From assembly GCA_023231475.1 (NCBI GenBank), contig JALJEE010000349.1:124001-180854 (forward strand): a DNA stretch of 56,854 bases. Reading direction: 5' to 3'. Source of the stretch: Seison nebaliae (lineage: Eukaryota). Position numbers and translations under genes: made by a program. Shown here piece after piece: positions 25,702 through 38,236 of the stretch (positions are counted from its first letter, which is position 1; each line of letters begins with the position of its first letter). Below the pieces are notes generated by a model, which did not search any database, was not told the origin of the DNA, and saw only the letters and a list, made by a program, of their open reading frames with translations.

Positions 25702-27510
25702 AATTATCTATTATCTTATTTAGAGAATCTTAAAAGAAAGAACTGTGAGATCTTTTCCTCAACAATCTTCCGTTTCATATGAGAATGGATGAGAAGATTT
25801 CTTTTAATAAATTCACAGGAATGATGTGAACATCTTTCGATGAACCTGTATGAACAAAAAAAACTGTATTCAACAAATATGAAATTTTCATTCAAAATAT
25901 TCATTCTATTTCTTCCTTTTAATAAGTAGCTTCTCAATGTGAATAATGTTAGAATGTGGATGGACTTCATTTATGAGAATTATGTAAAACTTATTAGGAA
26001 AATTATCATATTGGGCGATATTTCGAATTTATTGAGTTATTATGAAATTTATTTTACTGCTCATCATTTCCTAACCCCAATCGGAAATCAGTGAACATAT
26101 CGATGACATTTAAAATCAACTTTCATAAAGACGAACTCTTTTCACATTCATTTTATTTATACGATTTCTCTTATACAATTCTCTTTTTCTTATTCAATGG
26201 AGAATAAATTGAAGAGAATTATAACTAATATAATATTAGTAATACTTATAATATTAGTAGTATAATATTTGTAATATTTATTCTCCTAATTATTACCCTT
26301 ATACAACGACGATTTTAGAAAATTCGAATGTTGTTCCATACTGAATGGAATTGTTTCGTGTTTGAATTAAATGAAGACAATTAATTTCATATTATTAGAT
26401 CGTATGTTCAGTGTATAGGTATTAGAAGTCGGTTGTTCGTTTACTAGTTGAATTTAAATGCAATTTAGAGAATAACTTCTAATTTATCACAATAATATTC
26501 GAGGAATGAAATAAGGAAAGTTGTGAGGGAGTGGGAGAGTGGACGCACATTCGCAAATCGTTAGTATATTAGACAGGACATCCGAATGATTTTCTTGGTG
26601 TTTATTGAATATAATCGGATTAAGGTATGATATGCATATCGTACTATTTCAAAGTCATGCTAAACAAGTCGAGTGAAAGACGAGTTAATAATAATCGAAT
26701 AGAAAAAGATTTGCGGATGGATGAAGTTAAAGAGAAAACGGAGAATTTTTGTTGATGTGTATACAATTGGACAGTTGGAGAAAAAGTGAGTGATTGTTGC
26801 TAAAAATGAAATAAGATTCCGATTCATTAGGAAAATGGAAGTTAATTTGGAGAAAGGTGCAATTGAGGAGTTGTGGAGGAGGAGGACGAAATGTTGGAGG
26901 ACGAAATATTATTTGGGGGGAGGGAGGACGATGACGATGGAGGATATGTAATAGAAGATTGTTAATAAGAGTTGAAAGAAATGTAAATAGTCTTTGCCCA
27001 TAATGAATTATAGCTAACGGTCTGTAAGTTTGTTTGTTTTTTTCTCATTTATTCTCCCCCCGAGACACCAGGTGATCAGCGTCGATTGGTGTGAATGTAT
27101 ATGGAGAATATGATAATTATTATTATTCTTTTATTCCCTTCATTTTTTTCTCTCTTATACATTCAGTTCACTTGAGCGTCAAGTAGCCGAAATGATGAAA
27201 GACAATTGAGATTTATCCATATCATCATCACCATCATCATTTCGTTAACATTGAGATCGAATAATATGGGCATATTCAGTCAAGTTCAATTCTGCATAAA
27301 TAATCTGCTTAATTCTATTACTATAATTCTCATCTCCTTTTCAATCCCAAACTAGTGAGAAAAATATTCATCATCATCATTATTATTATTATTATTATTA
27401 TATGTTATAGTATTTTTAGTTTTGATTAAATTTCTTTTGTTTCATACGAAAAAAACAAAAATCTTTCTAAATTTCCTTCTAATATTTATCAATTCTTTTC
27501 TGTTATGGCT

Positions 27511-27680
27511 AGTGACTTCCTGGCGCTATCGGCACAGCACTGCCGATAGTTCTTCCGCAAACCAGAGAATGACGCCAAATAGTAGTAAGGTAATATTTCG
27601 TTTTCCTTCTCTGTTGACGTAAGTCCTTCCGATAGGCAAGCTCTAACAAAAATACTGGGAAAATTCATTTCCCGGAATGT
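27511..27680. other. GC-enriched island with hairpins; function unknown (regulatory element, ncRNA or TE end)
   Basis: Perfect 9-bp stem CTATCGGCA/TGCCGATAG at 27526-27549, an enclosing TGGCG/CGCCA pair, and a second hairpin CTGGGAAA/TTTCCCGG near 27656-27676. Confidence 0.3.
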
Positions 27681-30600
27681 AGTTAGGAGAATGATTTGAA
27701 CTTATTTCTGTTTTTCATAAGAATATTAGTAAAAATAAAAGAACTAATAGTAAAAGTCATATTCAATTTCATTTTCATAATGAACACAATTTGGAATTAA
27801 TCTTCTGAAAATTTTCTTTGACTAAAAGAATTTCTGTAAATAGATGAATGGAATGAAAAGAAAAGAAATTCTTTCAGATAGAGAATGACCGGAACATTCA
27901 TATAACACGCACTATCGCCAATGAGACAATGAGGAGGGAGAAAAGAAAGAAAAACAATCGAAAAATGTGAAATATGTTGAGTTGACTGAAAATGCAGAGT
28001 TGCCGAATTGGAGACAGGACGAAAAAGAAATGAATCGGCTAGTTAAGTACACTGAGGTAACTTTGTATTATTTGATGAAATAACAGTTCGATCATCTGAT
28101 TGATGGAGAGGCAATCCAATTCTACCATTGATCAGATGTTCTAAATGTCATTTCCGAACTGTATGAACATATCGATCATTGAGATAATGATAAGAATAAT
28201 AAGAAGAAGAAGAAGAAGAAAAAGAGGAATTCAATCAAATTCATTTGATAGACGAAAAAAGAAAAAATGAATGACATTATTTCTTCTTGTATGGAGAAAA
28301 TATTTGAGAGAATAATTATTATTTTTTGGACGATGGGGATGGTTCCATCTACCCTACCATCAGTAGTAGTCCGTCTTCCTGAAACTGATTACATCTGTTA
28401 TAATTGATATACAGATACATGTGTGCATTAGATAGAGTGTGGGAGAGTGGTCTTCCGATAGTCTTCTTGTGCAGCTGATCACGGAACTATTTCGTTGCTC
28501 TAATAATGGTGAAGGCTCATCTTGTGTTTAGTGACGATCCATTCCGAGACGATGATGATGTGTCGTGATGACGGAGCTTAAATAAGTCTACGTATCCACG
28601 TGTAATGCACGACATTATATAACTGGTATGGTTAATGATGGTAAATCGAGAAAGAGCAAAGACGAGCAGAATATTATAATTATATTGGAGCATATTCACC
28701 TGGATAATAACAGATGGAATTACGGCTATTTTATAAGGAAATATGAATCGTTCTCGGAAGAGAAAAATACAAAGTTGTTATTCTTATTTCCTACTACTCC
28801 AATCGTTCTTCTTTATCATTATTACAAGAGTTATGTAATCCTTTAATTTATATTTCATCATCATCATCATCATCATCATCTTCATCTTCTTCTTCTTTTT
28901 TTTCTATCCGACACCATCCTCACTACTTCTTCTTCGTTGTTCCTTCTTACTTTTCCAATCGGTATGAAAATTATTAAGAAACATAAAGAAAACAGTTAGA
29001 CTTCTAATTTCATCAAATTATTCTGTATTTTGAGCGAGGTAAACGAAACGTAAGTTACGGGAGTTGCATGACTCGAATTTCAAAAGGAAAGTAAGACAGT
29101 AGAGAATTTGATCGGTTCTTGTCATCTCCTTTCCACTCACTGCATCAATGGTGCAACGTATCTCGTCTTCAATTTCCATGAGGTTATGTCATCATTTGAA
29201 GTCGAAATATTGTAGAGAAGAAGGAAGTTGATTACTCTATGCAAATACTTGACGAAGAGCAAACTGACGACCTCAATAAACTACAAATGAGAAATTTCAT
29301 CCATTTAGTTCTTCCAATATTCTGTCGTCACTCAACTCTTCTTAGTAGTTCTCACGAATCATTTCTTCTGCTCCTCCTCCTCTTTCCTCTCATCATTCGA
29401 CATGACGACGATGTAATTAACAACTCAATTCATTAGGAGAGAATAATTGAGTGAAATTGGATGTTGAGAGATGATTTGTTGGTGATTCACATCATATACA
29501 TTTCCTCATCTGCACAAACAATTCTTTCAAATTCTTATCCATAATCTATTCATCGTTGCTAATCTTTGTCATTTTCTTCGAACTGAAACGATGATATTGT
29601 TTTCGAATCTCGAAAATAAAGTGAGATGAGAGAGACCCACAAGTAAGTTTCCCACAAGATAATGGGATTCGATTTGAGAAGCCCGGCGGCCTTTTTTCGA
29701 CGACGACATTATTCGATCAATGATGCCAACGGTCATAAATCGGAGTAAGTGTTCTGATATAATTTGGAGCTAAATGACTAAATTCTCTCTCATCCCGAAT
29801 GACCAATGGATAATATGGATCATAAATTATCTAAGAATAATAGTAAGAGGAGATGGATGATCTCATGAAATATTCATATCTTATCAATAATCATCTCACC
29901 AAAAGAAATAATGTATCACGTAATGTGGATTGGTGAGATTGTTACATCAGCTTCCGTTAATCGATAGACAACATCACCTGTTGTTGAGGAATTAATCTGA
30001 CAGAATTCGACAGGAAAAACTTCGCATCTTATCAAGTCGAATTTTGATGATGTGTAATCGATCCGTTTTTGATGGAAAATCCGAGATAGTTAGATGGTTA
30101 TGAAATGCAAATAATAATTGCCATCGACATATGTGGTGAAAATAGGAATTCCTTTTAATCTGCTGTTAACAGATGATAGTTATGTGAACTGCCGTCATTC
30201 TTATTCATTTACATTTCTATATTTTATTAGGTCTTGTTCTTTTCTGAAAATGCTGTTACAATTTCCTATGAAGTTCCGATAATGAAATGAATGAGATGGA
30301 TCGAAAGTTGAAGTGATAATAGTAGATGGAAATGATGTAACAATTTGAGATAAGTTAATGTGGTTAATGTGCACTAAATCTGCAGTAGTGGTGCATTCGA
30401 TTGGGGGAGAGAACGGAAGCCGAAAAAGAAGTAAGTGAAGTACTTTCCTTTTCATAAGAACTGATATGGTTCCATTCGTTTAATGGATAAAGTCGAAGAA
30501 TCTCATATCTTCTCTTCACATTCTATTTGAAATGTTTATTTATCTTAAATTACCTCTATGTTTCTCCAAAGGAAAGAAATCTCCATAACTATTCCGTTCT

Positions 30601-33465
30601 CATATATATATTACGAAATAAATGGGAATTGGAGTCGAATATCTATATCTGTCTACTGTCCACTTCTACATCTCCCATACTTCAAGTGCCTTATCTTTCT
30701 TCCACTTATATCAATGTTTTCCGACTGGTAATGATGCTAATGTAATCGACTAATTCCTCTTTTCTATTACCAATATTAACCCAACTAATTATTTCACATA
30801 ACAATTTTCCATATTACTTTCCTCCACAACACACGGACAACTCTCGTTCTTCTTCAGCGGAATGACCAGCTTCAATTCTTACATCGGAATTACCTTTCCA
30901 AACAATTCAACTGAGCTCCATTTAAGTTGAGATAAACAGAAGTTAAAGTGTGTCCACCCGGACCATCATTATGTTCGCCACGACAACAATAAATAAAGTT
31001 AATCGTTTAAACTTTCGGACATATAGAAGACGAGCGAACAACCATTCTCTCTTGTTCGTCGTCATCTTTTTCAACTTATTCTGCATTGAAGTCGTGGCAA
31101 TTATGTAGTTAGGAACGGCATTTTTAACGACAATTTCATTCCTTTCCCCAACATGTAGTTCGCGTCACCTAAACCAACATTTACGCGAAATACAACAACT
31201 AATTCTTCGTATTCGTTCAAAGAGCAAATCGTTCGTCGTATTAGGCAATTTTCTTCTTACCATTTCACTACTTTACTTCTTTCTTTCGATGAGAGTTCGG
31301 ACGATAGTTAATATCGTTGGTCGGTTGAAGAAAGTTGTGGGGGAAGAAAAGAAGTTTCGTCGGTGAAAAAAGTAGAATAATTTTAATTTAAATACAATTT
31401 CTTTCATTCGATTAAATGGAATGATGCCAATTCGATTTCATGTGACAATTTGGAACAACTACTCAAATTCTACATGATTCTCTCGTTTGTTTATGTAACC
31501 GACAAACCAATAATACAAATGTGACTTTTGTATATTGATAGCAGGTCCATATACTTATTGTTTACTCCAACATGAACGGGAGGCACGTGTCGATTATTAG
31601 AATATACCAGTAAAGGTTCGTCTAATCACATTGACCGCTGTCCATTCATATGGAACCACATATTATCATTATTCTCTTCACTCCTTCCTTTGCATTCCCC
31701 ATATCTTTACCAGCATTCTTCCATGATGTTACTAACGTCACATTTTATCCTTTCGTCAATTAGCATTCGTCAATGTTGAAGAACGACAAATTGATTTTAT
31801 ATTCATTCCAAATTGACGATAAGAATGATGAGAAGTGAAATTATTCCAATTAAAAAAATCAGTTCTATTTGTTAATGATCATATTGATTAGCGATAATAA
31901 CAATAATAGGTACAAGTCGTTAATTTTCCCGAAATATTTTTATATTTTCTTCTTTAAAATTTATCTTCCATCGAGGGATGGGAGAAGGTAGACAAAAAAT
32001 GTTTATGTCGTTTTTATATCGATCATTCTCCACTTAATTAGTTCCTCCACGAAAAATATTATCAGAAGACATAAGTTTCTATCCATAAGAGAATGTAGAT
32101 TTCATGTCTTTGCCAACTTCTTGGGAGAATGAAGAAATTTGCACGAAATTCCAATGAACAGGAATTAGAACAGGATATCAAACTAGTTACATTCAACTCA
32201 CTTCCCATTGTTCACTCGACTACAATCTGAGTTTGAACTAGGTCATCTGTTGAATGGTTGTTTATGAATCGACATGATGCGCCTGAAACGATAATCGCCT
32301 GATTCACGTGGAGGTTCCAATAGAAACACATGAACAATTCTTTATTCCTCCGAAAAGTTCAAAAAGTTGAGCGCGCTTAATAATTCGGTTTCGAAGTTAA
32401 ACTTCTGTTTTCTTTTCGCCCTCACTACTTTTCCTTTCGTCGATCATACAGATTGTTTTGCTTGTACTGATATTGATAATAAAAACATATATAAAATGAT
32501 ATAAAAAGAAACGAGATTTAATTCATTTGATTGCCTGTCGGGACAGCTTTCCGTTTACCTTTCATTATGTAACAATAATCCTTTATTGTCGTATGTCCAT
32601 GGGATGTAAGGCTGTATATGTCATGCGGTGGGGAATGCATGTATTCGTCGCTATTATCTCTGTTTTGTGGGTTGGGAGTTCAATTTTCTGTTCTCCACAA
32701 TGAGAAGTGGTTCTGTTATTATTAAGTGAATGCGAGTTGAAAATGTTGCACGTAATTCAATGTTGAACTGATTTCCGTTGGGAACAAATAAAATGATTTT
32801 CCCATTAGTCTCAGCTACTTCTTCTTACCATCTTCGTCTGCCAGTTACACTTGTCAATGTTATGGAAGAAGAAGAAATATTATGTTCTCCCCTCTCGTTT
32901 CTTCTCCATTGACGATACCTCCATCCAAATCACTACATCTCACCATCAGAAAAGATAAAAATTTGCAAGAAATTCAGACTGACATTCAACTGAGTTCCTT
33001 CAACAATTTTTATTTTCTTTAAATTTTTTATTTTTCTATACAATTTTGATAAATTTCTTAAAAATTTTTTTTCTTTATCACTTTTTTTTTCGGGAAAGTA
33101 TCAAATAATTTTAGTGTTTGTGATTCATATGAATAATAATGTAAATGGGAAAATGTCTGTTTCTAGTTGAATTGATTGAATCTATCTTCCTTCAATCACA
33201 ACGAAAAAATGAAACGATATCAATTTATTAAAAAAAATGGATAGCTAATCGGAAGAAGAAAAAAACGAATTAATTATATTTGACATTGAGCGAATTAACT
33301 ACTTTTCAAAATCAGATTATCGTTTCACAATTCCTTCATTATCTCCACAAAGATGGCGCGAACGAATGTCAAACATCCTGAATATGATAATCGTCGATCT
33401 TCAAATATCTTCTTCATTTTTCAGCTGGAGGAAAGTTGAATTAATATTCCAACAATATTCTTAGC

Positions 33466-33490
33466 TCTCTCTCTCTCTCTCTCTCTGTCT
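33466..33490. repeat. (CT)n microsatellite
   Basis: Visible CT run. Confidence 0.9.
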
Positions 33491-36400
33491 CACTCTATTT
33501 TCATATTTAACTTTGGGAGGAACGTCTAATTTCCATACCGTCTACCTGTCCTTCCTTCCTTCGCCATAACAATAAAGATTAAATTTCATTGTCATCCGCC
33601 AATTTACATTCTCTTCAATTCCACCATTCTTCTGCATAAATTATTAAGATGGTGGAGGTTTTTTTCCTTTGATTTTCCCTCCTCTATCTCACCCATCGAA
33701 TTGAGATGATCGATCGATCTATCAATCGTTTCAAACCATGATCATTCCTTGATAAGAACCAAATGATTATTCGTCTCAAAAAAAAAAGGAAAATCAGTCT
33801 TCTTCGCTTCATATATTTTGAAATGATAAATGATTTCTGTTTATCTCCGTTACGCCGCAACGAATAAAGGTGAACGGAATTGTCATTCTTTGCGATAAGA
33901 TGACGAATTGGAACTGAGACTGGAACGCACATATAGTTATCGTTGCGGTAAAGTAACTTATCAGGATAAACATGAAATTAGATTGTCGACACATTTCCAA
34001 TGTTTCTCTCTCATTGCCTTCTCCCCTGTTGGTTTTAGGAAAAGTTTTGTGGAGAGTATTGTGATTATTTGTGTCGAAAGAGAAAGTTTTGATTAAAAAT
34101 CAAAGTACTTAATTTTTCATTTTCTTCTCCTTCTAGCTATCTTGATATTAATTCGGATTTCATTCCAATAATTCGAAATAATCGATTCTTTCCAATTCCA
34201 TCAGTCGATTGGCAGACACTTATACTGTAAACGAATAATGAGAAAATAAGACTTTCGCCATTGAGCCGAAAATTTTTTGCTCAAGTGTTTAATTGTTTCG
34301 AAAATTATTGAACAATAGAAGAAGGAATTTTCTCGCTGTTAGTGAAGGAGAAGAAAAATAGAAGGAACAGAATCAGTAATGGAAATTGAAGGAGATTTAT
34401 AATCTTTTTATTATTTTCTTTTCGATTTGGCGTTGTTGAGTATTTCAACTTCTGTTGAGAAGTGATTATTTCTTATAATTTCAGTTATTTATTATGAATG
34501 AAACAAATCCGATTCCTGTCTAATGTTCTTATGAAATCTGGGATTGGTGCGTCTAATTATCGATTTTGGTTTCATTCCACTTTCATTTTATCAGCTTTCC
34601 AATGTTCAGATTGTTATGTTTATTCGTCTACCTAATAAAAACAATCGAGATTTGATGTAATAACAATTTCAGGAGGCAAGTCAATATTAGAATATTAAAA
34701 AGAAAATATCAATCCTTCCCCGTCTATCCGTCGTGGGGATTGTGGGAAAAGATTGAATCTAACCAATTTCTTCGAATAATAATAAGTTGAAGTCAAATAA
34801 TAATAATAACAATAATAATAATGATAATGTTCCATAATTCTGTTAATTTCTATTTCTCATGGAAATGTATGAATAATATATTGAGTAGTGGTGAGAAACC
34901 GCAGACAAATAAGGAATGATAACATAATTTTATAATTTGAATATGAAACATCCTTCGAATCTATTGCACCGTTTATTTCATTGGAATTGAGTTGAAAATT
35001 GAGAAATGTTTCGTCATGAATTTAATCATAATTGTCATTCAACTTAATCTGATGAATATTTATTTGTCCTATTCAACTATCAACTGAATTGGGTATAATA
35101 TGGCGGAGAAGATTATTAGAAAGGAGATGAGGTGTAGCAAATTAATATTTCACTTTCGAGAATAGATTGTGCATGATATTATGATGAGTATGACATTTAA
35201 TTGTCGATTCCATTCTAGCTTCTTATCGAATTTACCCATTGCCTCATTACTCGCGGTGTCATCACGCAAAGTCGATATTCATATTTGCCTATATACTTCA
35301 TCGGATTTTATCTGCTGATCCGGATGCGGCAAATGAAAACGATATGTCCTTCAACTATCATTTCCAGACGAGTCTGCCATTCCGCCAAACTCTTCATTTT
35401 CTTTTTTGACAATTTATTGTAAGATGCATTCGTTGATGGGAAGAACAATAAGAAGAATTTACTCCGTCCAATCACTCCAAAATTCTTTCGTGCAATAAAT
35501 CGTTAGGTGTGTCGTTAAGCACCAAAACTACTAATTGTTTCGAAGAAAACTTTCTAGTAATTGGAGTAATTTCTAAGATTTTTTTAAGACATGAAACGAA
35601 TGTTCTTTGACATCAACAAAGGAACACTTAGAAGACAATTGTCGCTCTTGTTATGTAATTGGGAGAGGAATTTGAGGCGATGAGCATTGGACAATTGTTT
35701 AATAGAGTTATTGGAAGTGAGTTCCTCCTAACGAAATTAAGTGGAACGACATCTGGTCAATTGACGATTAATAAATGAATTGTTATTATTTGATAATAAA
35801 TTGACATTGACTATGGTCGTTGAAGAGGAGGGTATAAGACTAGACGATTCACTCTTTCACTTATCACGTTTTTTCTCTCGACAATCTCCTTCCACAAAGA
35901 AACTGAACGATATTGAATAATAGAAATTAATTTATGTTAGAAATTCGATTGAGACGAGCATACATGCAACATCCTTTAACCTTCCTCTCATCAATGTCTT
36001 CAACGATTCCACCATCAATTCTATCATCAATTACATCATCAACTTTGTCGTTTGACAAATTTATATTCGATTTATTAAATGAACATCGAAATAAGACCAA
36101 TATATATTAAACAAGTGTTTCCTAACAACTACTCTTTTTCCAATAGAAATCTTTCCTTCCAAAAGGAGTAGAACTGTCCGTGATTCCCAATAAGTACTCG
36201 CCAGGGGATGATAATATTCGTCTTCATCTAATTCAACTGTGGGTGCTTAAAGAACTCCTTCCTCTCGTCCCTCCCACCCCTCCAATCATAGTGGCCTTAA
36301 AAAGACGATAAGAGGAAAGAAAAGAATTTTCAATTTGATTCAAATCAATTAGATTAGAATATTAAAGAACTGTTGACTGAATATCTTTAGAATATTGAAT

Positions 36401-38204
36401 ATCTTTCTTATCCATCTATCCATCTACTCTCATTTCACCTATCCAAACCATCAATACACACTCACGGAGTCTCAACAGATATTGGATGGCAGATATCTTT
36501 CCATTCTTCCCATTTCCATTATCATTATTTCTTTATTATTTCCATCAACGTTCGAAAACTGAAGAACATCATCAGTAATATCATCATTAGCATTAGCAAT
36601 ATCATTTTCACACCATTTTTTTTTATTCCTGTAGTTTGCTTTTCATTATCATCTTCATGATAAAACGACTGTCAGTTAAAATATTTCACTTCTCTAGAAT
36701 GCGAACATTCATTAAACAATTTCTACATCATGTTATACCTTTCGAACTTCGTCCTTCATTTCCATATCAGCTACTTCATATCAAATTCCATTTTGTTGAT
36801 TAGTGTGGATTCTATGCGAAAATCGAATTATTCTTTCTCCAAAAAAATAAAATCATAATTCCACTTTTTCCTCAGTTCTTCCCCAACTCGAACGACGAGT
36901 GGAAATGGTGGACTAGCCCAGTTATTGCAATCACATCTCGCCATCATGAATGTGAAAAAAAATTTTATCACAAATTATTTCAAGAACTTCCAAAGCCGCC
37001 CCCATTCCCTCCATGACAATGACACATCTCTCGTCATTCCACCAAAAAGGGAAACCTGTAAAATATTAGTATCTGATTGTATCCGATCATTAACATATGT
37101 CGATTTGATGTCAAATTTTATTTTTCTTTAACTTTCCTCTATCTTAATCGTTTCCTGTTTTATATTAACGAATATAATATTCGGAATGTTATTATTAAAA
37201 GGCGAAGTAAAGGAAGAAGAATATTTTAATAATTATTTGTTAAATTAAATTTTTTTCTATTAAATTTTAAATGAAAATTAAACAGCAATCTTCATGTTCT
37301 TCTCCGAAATATTCTCCTCGTCGATTCATCATGGTTAATTGAATTCATTGCCAATCTTATCTCGCACATTGGGAAAGAAAATGAGTGAGAGTGTCAGGAG
37401 GAATAATGTAGAAGTAATTGGAATTCGATATTCTCGTCATTCTAATAATTAATCGACCGCAATCACTTTCTTCACAGTAGTTAGTCTTCACAGTTGACAA
37501 GGCGGAAGTGTCGGGAGAATGTGAGAATGTTACGATAATCATTGATGATTTCATCGCAGATTTCAGATGATGCGAATTAGACCAAATTTCAATTGTTTCT
37601 AATTCTTTATGAAAAAGAAACTGCAAAAGTAATACCACCATTTAGCTGTGAGCATATAATCAGAAAAGTTTTCTGGAGAAAAACTTTTTCTAAAAAAGAG
37701 AATCATCTCCTAATAATTAACATCAGATTGGAACGTATAATGGAATTAATCGTTTCCAGTAAAGGCAATTTGAGAGTCGATTAAATTATTTTATTTAAAT
37801 ATTTAAGATAATCATTTTTCTTAGAAATATTCACTTGTATTCGTTTTCTCAATGAAATTTCATTGTTTTTTTTACTATCAAATGAATTGAGCACAGAAAA
37901 CGTTCAGTTCCTTCTCCATCTTCCCTAAACTTCAGATATAAACGTTCATCGTCGATGACCAGTAATGTTTATAAATTATAGATCATGACAGATCATGAAC
38001 GATTTTCTGATATCCTTATTGGAGGAGGAATGAATGATCAATATTTGATAATGTTCCAATATATGATGGAATGTGAAGATTCTCCATATTTATAACGACC
38101 TTTCAACTCCATCGAATGAGTTGTGTTGGTTGATGAATAAAAAAGCAGAATCAAAAAATGATAATAGTTGTGAGAAGAATTATGAGAATAATTCTCGTGA
38201 TAAT

Positions 38205-38236
38205 GAATTAGAAGTGAATTAGAAGTGAATTAGAAA
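38205..38236. repeat. Short tandem repeat of the 11-mer TGAATTAGAAG, about 3 copies
   Basis: Sequence reads gaattagaagtgaattagaagtgaattagaa. Confidence 0.85.

Noticed and set aside
27173..27202. TGAGCGTCAAGTAG...TGATGA resembling U3 snoRNA boxes B and C
   Set aside because: No box A/A', C' or D at suitable spacing.
27512..27525. GACTTCCTGGCG resembling the U1 snRNA 5' end (ATACTTACCTGGC)
   Set aside because: No U1-70K loop (GATCACGAA), no U1A loop (ATTGCAC) and no correctly placed Sm site. I found no U1 gene in the window.
30944..31263. Minus-strand frame with CC..C..W and AVP, THAP-like, interrupted by TGA
   Set aside because: C2CH spacing is wrong, the Pro/Trp/CxxH pattern is absent, and nothing supports readthrough.
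34261..34284. TTGAGC...GCTCAA hairpin with a miR-87-like seed on the minus strand
   Set aside because: The putative mature sequence folds on itself, and there is no 60-70 nt precursor stem.
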